This document shows, in pieces, positions 18,581 to 28,135 of a stretch of DNA of 64,000 nucleotides. This DNA is from an uncultured Planctomycetota bacterium (GTDB lineage Bacteria; Planctomycetota; JACOTG01; JAUIME01). How positions within the stretch are numbered: position 1 is the first letter of the stretch; each line of letters starts with the position of its first letter. A program made the translations under genes and the position numbers. The notes beneath the pieces were generated by a model that saw nothing but the letters and a program-made list of their open reading frames with translations, was not told where the DNA came from and searched no databases. The DNA lies in the NCBI GenBank assembly GCA_964597885.1, contig CAZQZX010000001.1:9849-73848 (forward strand). Reading direction: 5' to 3'.

Positions 18581-19978
18581 ATGATCCAGTCGAATCTCAA
18601 CTTTGATGTCGTCGTGCTCGGCAGCGGCCCGGCCGGGCAGAAGGCGGCCGTTCAGGCGGCCAAAGCCGGTCGTCGAGTCGCGGTCGTCGAGCGCGAGCGC
18701 GACGTCGGAGGTGCCTGCGTGCATCGCGGCACGATCCCCAGCAAGACGCTGCGGGAGAGTGCGCAGCAGATGTCGCGCATGCAGCGATCGGCGAAGATCT
18801 TCGACTTCCGGCTGAAGGACGATATCCAGGTTCGGACGCTCGTCGAGCGCATGGAAGAGGTCGTCTCCGCACACGTCGACTTCATGGGCGATCAGCTCGT
18901 GCGTAACGAAGTCACGCAGTATCACGGCCGGGCCCGGTTCCTCTCCGAGCACGTCGTCGAGGTGACGGCGCTCGACGGCTCGAGCACGATGATCTACGGC
19001 GACGTGATCGTGATCGCCACCGGCTCGCGACCGCGCACGCCGGACACGATCCCGATCGACCACGAGCACGTCCTCGACAGCGACTCGCTGCTCTCGCTGA
19101 TCTACCTTCCCGAGTCGCTCACCGTGCTCGGTGGCGGAGTCATCGGAAGCGAGTACGCGTCGATCTTCGGATTCCTGGGCGTGAAGGTCACGCTGATCGA
19201 TCGGGCGGACCGTCCGCTGAAGTTCATGGACGGCGAGCTCGTCGGCCGCTTCCAGCGCTCGTTCGAGAATCAGGGCGGCACGTACATCGGCGACGCGTCG
19301 ATCGAGTCCGTCCAGTGGGACGGAATCTCGCAGGTCGTCACCCGCCTCGAAGACGGACGCGAGATCAGCTCCGACAAGCTGCTCGTGGCGCTCGGCCGCG
19401 TGGCGAACGTCGACCGGATGCACGTCCAGTCGGCGGGGCTCGAGGTCAGCGATCGCGGGCTGCTCCCGGTCGACGAGCATTGCCGCACGTCGGTCGAGCA
19501 CATCTACGCGGTCGGCGACGTGGCCGGTCACCCGGGCCTCGCCTCGTCCGCGATGGAACAGGGCCGCCGCGCCATTCGCCACGCTCTCGGCATCCCCGCC
19601 GGTGCGCCGTTCGAGACGATTCCCGTGGGCATTTACAGCGTCCCCGAGATGTCGAGCGTGGGTCTCAGCGAAGAAGCCGCCGTGGAGCGCTACGGAGCGG
19701 CCGTCATCGGACGCGCCCGATTCGGCGAGATCGCTCGCGGGCTCGTGTCCGGCGTCGAGGACGGCATGCTGAAGATCGTCGCTTGCCCCGAAGGCCGGCG
19801 GCTTCTCGGCATCCACATCATCGGCGACAGCGCCACCGAGCTGATCCACGTGGGTCAGATGGCGCTGGTGGCCGAGAGCGACGTCGACGTGTTCATCGAG
19901 AACATCTTCAACTTCCCGACGCTCGCCGAAGCGTACCGGGTCGCGGCTCTCGACATTCTGAACCGTCGCCCGCAGTAG
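18581..19978 (+). CDS. sthA: Soluble pyridine nucleotide transhydrogenase
   Basis: GSGPAG; GGACVHRGTIPSK; ATGSRP; GGGVIGSEYA; ELIHVGQ; FNFPTLAEAY. Confidence 0.9.
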   Translation: MIQSNLNFDVVVLGSGPAGQKAAVQAAKAGRRVAVVERERDVGGACVHRGTIPSKTLRESAQQMSRMQRSAKIFDFRLKDDIQVRTLVERMEEVVSAHVDFMGDQLVRNEVTQYHGRARFLSEHVVEVTALDGSSTMIYGDVIVIATGSRPRTPDTIPIDHEHVLDSDSLLSLIYLPESLTVLGGGVIGSEYASIFGFLGVKVTLIDRADRPLKFMDGELVGRFQRSFENQGGTYIGDASIESVQWDGISQVVTRLEDGREISSDKLLVALGRVANVDRMHVQSAGLEVSDRGLLPVDEHCRTSVEHIYAVGDVAGHPGLASSAMEQGRRAIRHALGIPAGAPFETIPVGIYSVPEMSSVGLSEEAAVERYGAAVIGRARFGEIARGLVSGVEDGMLKIVACPEGRRLLGIHIIGDSATELIHVGQMALVAESDVDVFIENIFNFPTLAEAYRVAALDILNRRPQ

Positions 19979-19993
19979 TCGCGGGGATCGGCC

Positions 19994-20749
19994 TCAGCCC
20001 TTTCCGCCGAGCGTCCGCTCGACGTAGCCCCGGATCGCGGCCCGCGTGTCTTCGGACTTCCAGGAGTTGCGCACGCGCCGGTCGAAGACTTCCTGCCCCC
20101 TCCGAATCTGCTCGAGAACCGGAGCGATGTTTTGCTCCTTGGCCAGGCGAAACGTCGGCGGGTGGATGGCGCCGAGCTCCCCGGCGATCGAGGTCGCGCG
20201 ATCCATCAGGTCGTCGGCCTCGGCGAGCTCCTGCACAAAGCCGCGCGCGAGAGCCTCGTCGGGAAGGAACGCACCGCCGCGAAGGACGGCTTCGCGGAAG
20301 CGGTCGGCCGGCAGCACACCGCGCAGGATCTCGAGTGCACTCGACGGGAACGGCACGCCGACCAGAAGCTCGGGGACGCCGATCCGTCCTTTCCCGGTCG
20401 CCATCACGCGATGGTCGCACGCCGCAGCGAGGATGCAGCCGCCGGCGATCGCGTGCCCGTTGCCCGCGGCCACCAGCGGCCCGGGGTAGGCGAGCGTCGC
20501 GAGGAAGCATCGGTCGAGTGCATCGAGGAACGCGGCGAGCTCGTCTTCGGAGGCGTCGAGGATCCGCTTCAGATCGACGCCGGCCGAGAAGATGGAGCCG
20601 CTCCCGGTGAGCACCGTCGGCGCCGCGTCTCCGGCGGACTCCTCGAGCGCTCGGGTGATCGCGTCGCAGAATTCCGTGTCGAGCGCGCTCGCCTTTCCGT
20701 GGGCCAGCCGCAGGATCGTCACGCCGTCTCGGGCTTCTCTCTCGATCAT
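19994..20749 (-). CDS. Enoyl-CoA hydratase/isomerase family protein
   Basis: FSAGVDL, NGHAIAGG, GVPE crotonase motifs. Confidence 0.9.
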   Translation of the reverse strand: MIEREARDGVTILRLAHGKASALDTEFCDAITRALEESAGDAAPTVLTGSGSIFSAGVDLKRILDASEDELAAFLDALDRCFLATLAYPGPLVAAGNGHAIAGGCILAAACDHRVMATGKGRIGVPELLVGVPFPSSALEILRGVLPADRFREAVLRGGAFLPDEALARGFVQELAEADDLMDRATSIAGELGAIHPPTFRLAKEQNIAPVLEQIRRGQEVFDRRVRNSWKSEDTRAAIRGYVERTLGGKG

Positions 20750-20820
20750 GTCCGTCCTCGTGATTTTTCGGTCCGGCGGACACGATACCGCCGCCCCGGA
20801 CTTTTTTCTATCTTCCCGCC

Positions 20821-21336
20821 ATGAAGATCGGACTCTTCTACGGATCGACCTCGGGCAAGACCGAAGAAGTCGCGCAGCAGATCCGCGACCGAATCGGGGA
20901 GGAGCGCCTCGCGCGCTTCGACTCGATCCGCGGGATCGCGCCCGACGAGCTCTGCGGCTACGACGTCCTCATCGTGGGCATCCCGACGTGGAACATCGGC
21001 GAGCTGCAGGCGGACTGGGACGACCTGTTCCCCAAGCTCGACTCGATCGATCTGAACGGGACGCGCGTCGTGATGTTCGGCCTCGGAGACGTGGGCGGCT
21101 ACCCGGATACCTATCAGGACGCGATGGGCATCGTCTACACGAAGCTGCTCGAGCGGGGGGCGACGGGAGGCGTCGGCTTCATCGATCCCGCCGACTACGA
21201 TCACTTCGATTCGAAGGCCCTGATCGACGGCAAGTTCTGCGGCCTGTGCGTCGACGAGGATACCGAGCCGGAGCTCACCGAGGAACGGGTCGAGCGCTGG
21301 TGCGCGCAGCTTCGGCAAGAGCTCGAGCTCGGCTGA
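20821..21336 (+). CDS. fldA: Long-chain flavodoxin
   Basis: FYGSTSGKT, GIPTWNIGELQ, FGLGD...YP..YQDA, FCGL.VDED. Confidence 0.88.
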   Translation: MKIGLFYGSTSGKTEEVAQQIRDRIGEERLARFDSIRGIAPDELCGYDVLIVGIPTWNIGELQADWDDLFPKLDSIDLNGTRVVMFGLGDVGGYPDTYQDAMGIVYTKLLERGATGGVGFIDPADYDHFDSKALIDGKFCGLCVDEDTEPELTEERVERWCAQLRQELELG

Positions 21337-21363
21337 GCTCGAGCGGGGCGGAACCGTTTCGAA

Positions 21364-22815
21364 TCAGCTCGACGAGCCCGCCAGCATCGCGGACTCGCAT
21401 TCCTTCCCCAGCGCGACGATCTTCTCGAGCAAGCTGTCGAGATCATCCTTCATGAGGTCGGGGTGCGCGATCACCAGCCGGATCGTGACCCGGTCGCCGA
21501 TGTAGGCGTAGTTGACGAGCGCGTCCCCCGAAGCGGCCAGGCGGTCGCGGATGGCGATGTTCAGCCGGTCGACGGTCGCGTTGTCGGCGTTTCCGCTCGG
21601 GTTGTAGCGGAAGCAGAGGTTGAGGAAGGTCGGCTCGGCCATCATCTCGAGGGACGGTTCGGCGTCCACGCGCTCGCGCGCAGCGGTGGTGACCTTCATC
21701 AGGCGGTCGATCCGGTCGGCGTAGCCCTTCTCGCCGTTGTGCTTCCACGCGAGCCACAGCTTCAGCACGTCGACGCGGCGGCCGCACTGCAGCGACATCG
21801 GCCCGAGATCGCGAGACTCCTCGGGGTTGTCGTGATAGATGTAGTCGGTGCCCTCTGTCGGGCAGCACGTCGAGACCAGGGATCCCGTGTCGCGCACGAG
21901 GAGCGCCGTGCACAGCAGCGGCACGCCCATGAGCTTGTGCGCGTCCCACGCGAAGGAGTCCGCGAGCTCGTGTCCCGCGAGGAGCTCGCGGTGAGTCTCG
22001 CTGAAGAGGACCGGGGCTCCCCAGGCGCCGTCGATGTGGAGCCACGCTCCGTGGCGCTTCGCGATGTCGGCGATCTCGCGGACGGGGTCGAACGCGCCGA
22101 GCACGGTCGTTCCCGCCGTTGCCGCGACGAAGAACGGGGTGCGGCCGGCGAGCCGGCTGCGGTTCATCGCCTCTTCGAGCTTCTCGGGGACCATGCGTCC
22201 GAGCGAATCCGACTCGATCCGGACCACTGAGCGCGCGCCGATGCCGAGCACGTTCGCGGCGGTGAGGAACGAGTAGTGCGCCTGGTCCGAGACGAACGCC
22301 TCGAGCCGAAGGCCGCGCAGCCCCTCGTCCTTGATGTTGGTGTCGGCGCGATGGCGAGCGCAGAGTATGGCGACCATGTTCGCGTTGCTGCCGCCGTTGA
22401 CGAAGATTCCCTCGCCGCCATGGAACCCGACGATCCGCGCCATCCGTCGGACGAGGTCCTGCTCCATCACGGTCGCCACCGGCGCGACCTCGTACGTGTA
22501 CATCGAGGTATTCGTGACGGCGGTGACGATCTCGCCGAGCACGCCCGCCATGTCGATTCCCGAGAAGAGCTGATTCAGGAACTTGCGGCTGCCCGTCTTG
22601 ACGCTGTGGCGAAGGTACGACTCGATGACCGGGAGGAGGCCCTCGAGTGCGGTCCCATCCTCCGAGAGCGTCAGATCCATGGAGTCCGCGAGCTGGTCGG
22701 GCGACAGGCGATCCGTGACGGGCGCCGCGGGATCGTTCAGGACACGCAGGTGCTCGGCGATGAGATCCATCGCCCGCCTGAGGGTCTTCTCCGCTTCGTC
22801 CGGTCCGGTCGTCAT
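21364..22815 (-). CDS. Group II PLP-dependent decarboxylase (GAD/CSAD-like)
   Basis: FLNQLFSG, NTSMYTYEVAP, AHYS, ATAGTTVLGAFDP, HIDGAWG, AHKLMG, SLQCGRR. Confidence 0.9.
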   Translation of the reverse strand: MTTGPDEAEKTLRRAMDLIAEHLRVLNDPAAPVTDRLSPDQLADSMDLTLSEDGTALEGLLPVIESYLRHSVKTGSRKFLNQLFSGIDMAGVLGEIVTAVTNTSMYTYEVAPVATVMEQDLVRRMARIVGFHGGEGIFVNGGSNANMVAILCARHRADTNIKDEGLRGLRLEAFVSDQAHYSFLTAANVLGIGARSVVRIESDSLGRMVPEKLEEAMNRSRLAGRTPFFVAATAGTTVLGAFDPVREIADIAKRHGAWLHIDGAWGAPVLFSETHRELLAGHELADSFAWDAHKLMGVPLLCTALLVRDTGSLVSTCCPTEGTDYIYHDNPEESRDLGPMSLQCGRRVDVLKLWLAWKHNGEKGYADRIDRLMKVTTAARERVDAEPSLEMMAEPTFLNLCFRYNPSGNADNATVDRLNIAIRDRLAASGDALVNYAYIGDRVTIRLVIAHPDLMKDDLDSLLEKIVALGKECESAMLAGSSS

Positions 22816-22962
22816 GTTACCGCTGGCCTCCTCGGTCTCGTTCTCGAGCTCCCCGCGCAATCCAAGAGTCTACCTCAAGGGCACTTGGATACAAAACCGG
22901 GGTGCTGATCTTCCGGGTTCCGACGACGCTCCCCCGGGCTCGGCGCCCGGATGCCGTCAATT

Positions 22963-25224
22963 CTACTTGCGGCGGACCTTCAGGCGCCGGATGAGCCGAT
23001 GCGCCCGCAGGGACTGCGACGAGCCCGGTTCGCGCTCGGCCACTTCCTCGAGGAACGCGAGCAGCTTCCCGCGGTCGTCGAAGCGCATGGCGATCCCGAG
23101 CAGCGCGTTCTCGACAAGGCTCTCCTTGCCGCGGTCGGCCTCGACGGCGCGACACCAGTTGTCGTACGCGCGGTCCCGGTCGAGGTATTCGGGGTGGGCA
23201 TCGAAGAACTCGACACAAGCCGCGCAGCCCGGAAGGGACCCGCCCTGGAACAGATGGGCGAGGCTCGTGAAGCAGCGCGGGTCCGGTTCGTCCCCGGCCA
23301 GTTCGATGGCTTTCTCGTAGGCCTCCACCGCCTCGATCACGCGATGGTCGGTGTCGAGGGACAGCGCTAGGTTGAACCAGACCTGCGCGCTCTCGGGCTC
23401 GTGGACGAGGATCTGCCGGAACAGCTCCTGGGCGTCGCCGTGCCGGCCCGCGTCGTCGAGGATCGCGGCCTCGATGTTCAGCAGATGAAGATCGCCTCCG
23501 GGTCGGATCTTGCCCCCGTCGGCCAGTTGTCGGCGCGCGGTCTGGATGGCCGCGAGCCCTTCGTCGAGGCTCCCGCGCCGGGCGTGGATCTTGGCGAGGA
23601 GCGACCATGCCCGCGCCGAGTCGCCGCGCAGCTCGAGGGATCGGTCGATCCGCTCGAGAGCCTCATCGAAACGTTTCTGTTTCTCCTGCACCCAGGCGAG
23701 GGCGTAGTGGACGTGCGCGCATTCGTCGAGGGGACCGGAGGCAGCATGGAAGAACTGCTCGGCGTCGGTGAGGTTGTCGTACTCGCGTGCGATCTCTCCG
23801 AGCAGCACCAGCGCGAGCGGGTTGGCGGGCTCTCGTTCGAGGGTGCTCCTCGCTCGGTCTCCCGCCTCGTCGAACCGTTCGGCCTCGAAGTCGAGGAGCG
23901 CGTGCCCGAGCTCGCGGACCGTCGCATCGTCTTCGTCCTCTCGAGGGGCCCGGCCTTGCATGCCACCCTCGAGGGCCCGCGCGATCGAGTCTTCGGGATC
24001 GAGCGAGAGGGCGGTGCGAAGCTCGCGTGCGGCCGCGTCGTCGTCGTCGTCGAGCCAGCGCTCGATCGCCCGTGCGGCCGCGGCGTCGGCCCGGCGCATC
24101 TCTTCCTCGGTCGGGGGTCGGTCGAGCATCGTCCTCGCTAGCAGAAGGACGAGCACGAGGGCGGCAAGGCCCGTGACGGCTCGCAACGGATGTCGGCGCA
24201 GGGCGGCCGCCGCGAGGCGAGCCGGTCCCGGGGGGCGTCCCTTCACGGGCTGGCCGTCGAGGAACCGACCGAGGTCGTCGGCGAGTTCACGCGCGGTCTC
24301 GTAGCGGTGCTTCGGATCGTGCGCCGCCGCCTTCATGACGATCCGGTCGAGATCCCGAGGCACGTTGCCGAAGAGCCGGCGCGGCGGCGCGAAACCGCCT
24401 CGAATCACCGCCTGGATGATCATCTCGCGCGATTGCTGCTCGTACGCGGGCTGGCCGACGAGCAGCTCGTACAGGATCATCCCGATGCCGTAGACGTCGG
24501 TGCGAGGGTCGGCGGGCTCGCCTCGGATGCGCTCCGGCGCCATGTAGCGCGGCGTCCCCACGAGGTCCCCGGTGGAAGTGAGCGAGGGGAGATCGTCGGC
24601 GGCCATGAGGCCGAAGTCGAGGAGGACCGGCGTCCCGTCGCGCCGCAGCATCACGTTCTGCGGCTTCAGGTCGCGATGCAGGATCCCTTGATCGTGGGCG
24701 GCCTGCACGGCGTCCGAGAGCGTGCGCGCGATCTCGGCGGCGCGTCGCCCGGATTCGGTTCCCGTGATCGACGAGAGCGACTCGCCCTCGATGAGGTCCA
24801 TCACGATGTAGGGCGTGCCGTCCTCGATGCCCGACTCGTGGACGGCGACGATGTTCTCGTGCTCGAGCCGCGCGAGCGTCTGCATCTCGCGACGGAAGCG
24901 CTCCATCGCTCTCGGCCCGGAGAGCGGTGCGAACGGAAGCAGCTTGATGGCGTACGATCGCTCGCCGTGCTCCCCTTCGTACACGACGCCCATGCCTCCG
25001 CGTCCGATCTCGCGAAGGATGCGGTAGGGGCCGATGAGCTTCTGCTCGGCCGGCGCAGCATCGCACACCGCGTCGAACGTCCGGAGCGTCGCGCGGATCG
25101 CTTCGAGCAGTCGTGGGTGCGTCGACTCGTGGTTCGATGCGAACGCTTCGGGAGAGAGTGACGGATCCTCGTCGCGCGCGTCGAGAAAGTCGGCGACGAG
25201 ATCCTCGAGCGACGGTTCAGTCAT
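22963..25224 (-). CDS. Membrane Ser/Thr protein kinase with C-terminal TPRs
   Basis: IGRGGMGVVY, HRDLKPQN, DFG, GTPRYMAPE; TM helix; TPRs. Confidence 0.93.
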   Translation of the reverse strand: MTEPSLEDLVADFLDARDEDPSLSPEAFASNHESTHPRLLEAIRATLRTFDAVCDAAPAEQKLIGPYRILREIGRGGMGVVYEGEHGERSYAIKLLPFAPLSGPRAMERFRREMQTLARLEHENIVAVHESGIEDGTPYIVMDLIEGESLSSITGTESGRRAAEIARTLSDAVQAAHDQGILHRDLKPQNVMLRRDGTPVLLDFGLMAADDLPSLTSTGDLVGTPRYMAPERIRGEPADPRTDVYGIGMILYELLVGQPAYEQQSREMIIQAVIRGGFAPPRRLFGNVPRDLDRIVMKAAAHDPKHRYETARELADDLGRFLDGQPVKGRPPGPARLAAAALRRHPLRAVTGLAALVLVLLLARTMLDRPPTEEEMRRADAAAARAIERWLDDDDDAAARELRTALSLDPEDSIARALEGGMQGRAPREDEDDATVRELGHALLDFEAERFDEAGDRARSTLEREPANPLALVLLGEIAREYDNLTDAEQFFHAASGPLDECAHVHYALAWVQEKQKRFDEALERIDRSLELRGDSARAWSLLAKIHARRGSLDEGLAAIQTARRQLADGGKIRPGGDLHLLNIEAAILDDAGRHGDAQELFRQILVHEPESAQVWFNLALSLDTDHRVIEAVEAYEKAIELAGDEPDPRCFTSLAHLFQGGSLPGCAACVEFFDAHPEYLDRDRAYDNWCRAVEADRGKESLVENALLGIAMRFDDRGKLLAFLEEVAEREPGSSQSLRAHRLIRRLKVRRK

Positions 25225-25822
25225 CCTGGATGCCGCTCATCGCGATGCCGAGGCGGGAGAGCGCCCGGTTGTACAGCTTCGAGACGGCCTCGGGCGTCTT
25301 GCCGAGCGCTTGCGCCGCCTCCTGATTCGACTGGTTTTCGAACGCGCGCAGGAAGAGCACTTCGCGCATGTTCTCGGGAAGCTTTCCGATGCACAGCTCG
25401 AGCTTCTCGTAGAGCGCCGAATCCCAGTACGTGAGCTCGTCGTCGTCGCCGGGGACGCGGCTGAGCATCGAGTCGGAGAGCGGGACGTCGCCGGCTCGCT
25501 TCTGCGCTTTGAAGTAGTCGAACTTCTTGCGGATCTTGTTCAGCACGCACACGTGGAGGTAGCGGTTGAACGAGTCGCGGCCTTCCGGCTGGAAGTGGTC
25601 GATGTCGTCGACCACGTCCTTGAAGACGCTCTGCAGGATGTCCTCCGATTGGAGGCGGGTGCGCAGAGCCGGACCGAGGCGGCAGCGGGTGTAGAGCAGC
25701 AGCCGATCGCGGTAGCGCAGGTACAGCGCATCCCAGGCCTTCGGATCGCCGTCCTTGGCTCGATGGACGAGGTCGGTCGAGACTTCGCCGTCCGGGATCG
25801 GGGAAGTGGGTTCGCGCTCCAT
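25217..25822 (-). CDS. ECF sigma factor (kinase-associated)
   Basis: sigma2 (EDILQSVF) and sigma4 (LPENMREVL...EAAQALGKT..AV) regions; overlaps kinase start; AGGAG SD. Confidence 0.88.
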   Translation of the reverse strand: MEREPTSPIPDGEVSTDLVHRAKDGDPKAWDALYLRYRDRLLLYTRCRLGPALRTRLQSEDILQSVFKDVVDDIDHFQPEGRDSFNRYLHVCVLNKIRKKFDYFKAQKRAGDVPLSDSMLSRVPGDDDELTYWDSALYEKLELCIGKLPENMREVLFLRAFENQSNQEAAQALGKTPEAVSKLYNRALSRLGIAMSGIQDD

Positions 25823-25936
25823 GGGGACTCCTGCTGGCCATTGTAGCCGCCTCGCCGGGGGGAGGAAAGAACGCACACTTTGTTGCAACCGGCGGGGAGG
25901 CAAGCCGGTATGCTGCGTTGAACCGCGAGGATCTGC

Positions 25937-26434
25937 ATGAGCTCGAACCGTTCCACGCCGCTCGCGACGGACCTCGATCGACGCATCGTCGACGAGATTC
26001 CGCGGGTGCGCGCGTTCCTCAGAAGGCTGTGCGCCGAGGAAGCCGAGGACCTCGTCCAGGAGGTGGCGGCCCGGGCCCTGCGATCGCGGGACTCGTTTCG
26101 CGACGAGGGCACGCTACGGGGCTGGCTCCTGCGGACGGCCTTTCGCGCGTATCTCGATCATCGGGAGCGCGAGCGGCGGAGCCCGATCCGGCTGGGCGAG
26201 CACGACACCGAGCTCGAGGATGAGAAGAGGCCGTCGTCGCCAAGCCCGGAGCTGCGCGAAGAGGTCGCGAAGCTGCTCGATCGGCTCCCTGCGATCGAGA
26301 GGGAGATCCTCGAGCGGTTCCATCGAGAGGGGCAATCCGTCCGCGAGATCGCGCGGGCGATATCGATGCCCGAAGGCACGGTGAAGTCGCACTTGCACCG
26401 GGCACGACGGCGATTGGCGAGGCGAGAAGGATGA
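25937..26434 (+). CDS. ECF sigma factor
   Basis: AEDLVQEV, RGWLL, SVREIA..ISMPEGTVKSHLHRAR. Confidence 0.9.
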   Translation: MSSNRSTPLATDLDRRIVDEIPRVRAFLRRLCAEEAEDLVQEVAARALRSRDSFRDEGTLRGWLLRTAFRAYLDHRERERRSPIRLGEHDTELEDEKRPSSPSPELREEVAKLLDRLPAIEREILERFHREGQSVREIARAISMPEGTVKSHLHRARRRLARREG

Positions 26435-26946
26435 CGATGGACGAGCACGGCTATCGCGAACGGCTTCAGGCCTGCCTCGACGAGCGGCGCGACCCGCTCG
26501 ACGATGCCGTTCTCTGCGATTGGCTACTGGAGCATCCCGAGCACCTCGAGGAGCTGGCTCGGTTGCGGGAGACGCTCGCGGTGCTCGAATCCGCGGACGA
26601 GACCCCCGCGACCTTGGCGCCTCCGAGCGATCGGCGAGACGGCATCGGCCGAGGATGGAAGCGCGTCGCCGCGGTGGCGGCGGTGCTCGCGCTTTGCGTC
26701 TTCGGCTGGCGTCTTCTGGAATTGTCCGCCCCGCCACCGCGGACGGAAGAAGAAGTGCCACTCGTCGGCATCGTGCCTCCGGGCCGGGTGCTCGACTACC
26801 GGATGTCGGTCGTGGTGGAGCGCCCGAGCGAACGCGTCGCGACGACGTCGAGCGCGAGCGGACGCACCCGCAGCCGAACCTACGATCACGGCTCGAGCCG
26901 ACTCGAGGTGGTCACCGAAGAACGACGAATCGTCAGCGCTCGCTAG
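26431..26946 (+). CDS. Putative single-TM anti-sigma factor
   Basis: ATGA-coupled to the ECF gene; helical N-terminus, W-K-R then TM helix, small exported domain. Confidence 0.65.
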   Translation: MTMDEHGYRERLQACLDERRDPLDDAVLCDWLLEHPEHLEELARLRETLAVLESADETPATLAPPSDRRDGIGRGWKRVAAVAAVLALCVFGWRLLELSAPPPRTEEEVPLVGIVPPGRVLDYRMSVVVERPSERVATTSSASGRTRSRTYDHGSSRLEVVTEERRIVSAR

Positions 26947-26974
26947 CGTGGCGAAACTGGAGAGGAGAGTCCGA

Positions 26975-27886
26975 ATGCGACGAATCGAACCCTGCGTCCT
27001 CGCGATGTTGATGGCCCTGTGGATGGCGTCCGCGGCGACCGCTCAGAGCGTGGAGCCCACGCTGCAGATCTACGATGTTCGCGATCTCGTGCAGTCTGCC
27101 GACGTCGAAGGTGAGGTGGACGAAGTTCGCGCGAAGAGGATCGAGGAGGCCACCGAGCATCTGGCCGAGGTGATCCGCGAATACGTGCAGCCCGAGTTCG
27201 AAGCCGGGCGAGAGGAGACGAAGGCGATCCTGACCGGCTCGATCGCCGTGATCGGCCGACCCGAGCAGCACCAGTGGACGCGTCGGTTCCTCGAGCACCA
27301 GAGGAAGAGCCAGGGCGTGTACTTCGACATCTCGGCGCGGTTCATCACGGTCGATGATGGCACGTTCGAGTTCGTCTTTCCGGAGCTCGAGCCGCAGGTC
27401 TTCGACGACGAAGAGGCCGGCGCGCTCGTGTCTCGGTTGCTCGAGCAGCAGGGCGCCGACGTCCTCAGTGCTCCGCGACTGCTCGTCCTGAACCGCCAGA
27501 AAGCCATGATCAGCGTCGGCAAGCAGATCAAGTACGTCCGCGACTACGAGGTCCACGAGAACGTACTGCCGGGAGATCGAACGCTCGAGGTACCGATCGT
27601 CGATTCGATCTTCGAGGGCATCGAGTTCGGGGGGCGGGTGACGAGGCTCGACGGATCGCTCGGTCTCGAAGTGTCGCTCGACGTGTCCGATCTCGAGCGA
27701 CCGATCCCGACGCTCGACACGCCCTACGGCCCGGTCGCGCTGCCCGAGCTGACGAAGGTGCGGCTGGAGTCGACGCTCCACATGGCCGACGGCGCCACCG
27801 CGGTCTTCCCCGGTCGGCGCGATGACGGGCGCAACCTGCTGATCGTCATCCGGGTGGCCCGCGTGGATCTCGACGAGCACCGGTAA
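26975..27886 (+). CDS. Short secretin-like exported protein
   Basis: Signal peptide; IYDVRDL; ISARF; VLSAPRLLVLNRQKAMISVG; LPEL...ESTL...DGAT resemble the secretin core. Confidence 0.7.
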   Translation: MRRIEPCVLAMLMALWMASAATAQSVEPTLQIYDVRDLVQSADVEGEVDEVRAKRIEEATEHLAEVIREYVQPEFEAGREETKAILTGSIAVIGRPEQHQWTRRFLEHQRKSQGVYFDISARFITVDDGTFEFVFPELEPQVFDDEEAGALVSRLLEQQGADVLSAPRLLVLNRQKAMISVGKQIKYVRDYEVHENVLPGDRTLEVPIVDSIFEGIEFGGRVTRLDGSLGLEVSLDVSDLERPIPTLDTPYGPVALPELTKVRLESTLHMADGATAVFPGRRDDGRNLLIVIRVARVDLDEHR

Positions 27887-27893
27887 CCGGTAT

Positions 27894-27930
27894 CGGGCGG
27901 GCACGGCCGCGACGCCGTGCCCGGCCCGAG
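27894..27930 (+). terminator. GC-rich hairpin after the secretin-like gene, possible terminator
   Basis: GGGCACGGC...GCCGTGCCC stem extended by TCGGGC/GCCCGA; no U-tract. Confidence 0.4.
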
Positions 27931-27934
27931 CGCA

Positions 27935-28031
27935 TCCCCGCCCTCGGCCCGGCCTTTCCCTGCCTGCCTGCCTCCCCTGGCCTGCCCCGGCCTGGCTTGG
28001 CCTTTCCTTTCCTCCCTTCCCGGCTGGCGCC
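27935..28031. repeat. 97-nt adenine-free, C-rich low-complexity tract (CCTG/CCTGG/CCTTT units)
   Basis: No A on the + strand between 27934 and 28032. Confidence 0.75.
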
Positions 28032-28135
28032 ACTCCAACCCCCGCCACAGAAGCCGGTTGCGTTCCCCCGTCGCGATCCGCGAAACTTCCTGGAAGAAAC
28101 CGCTAAGCGCCGGAAGCCTCTACGTCGTCCATGGC

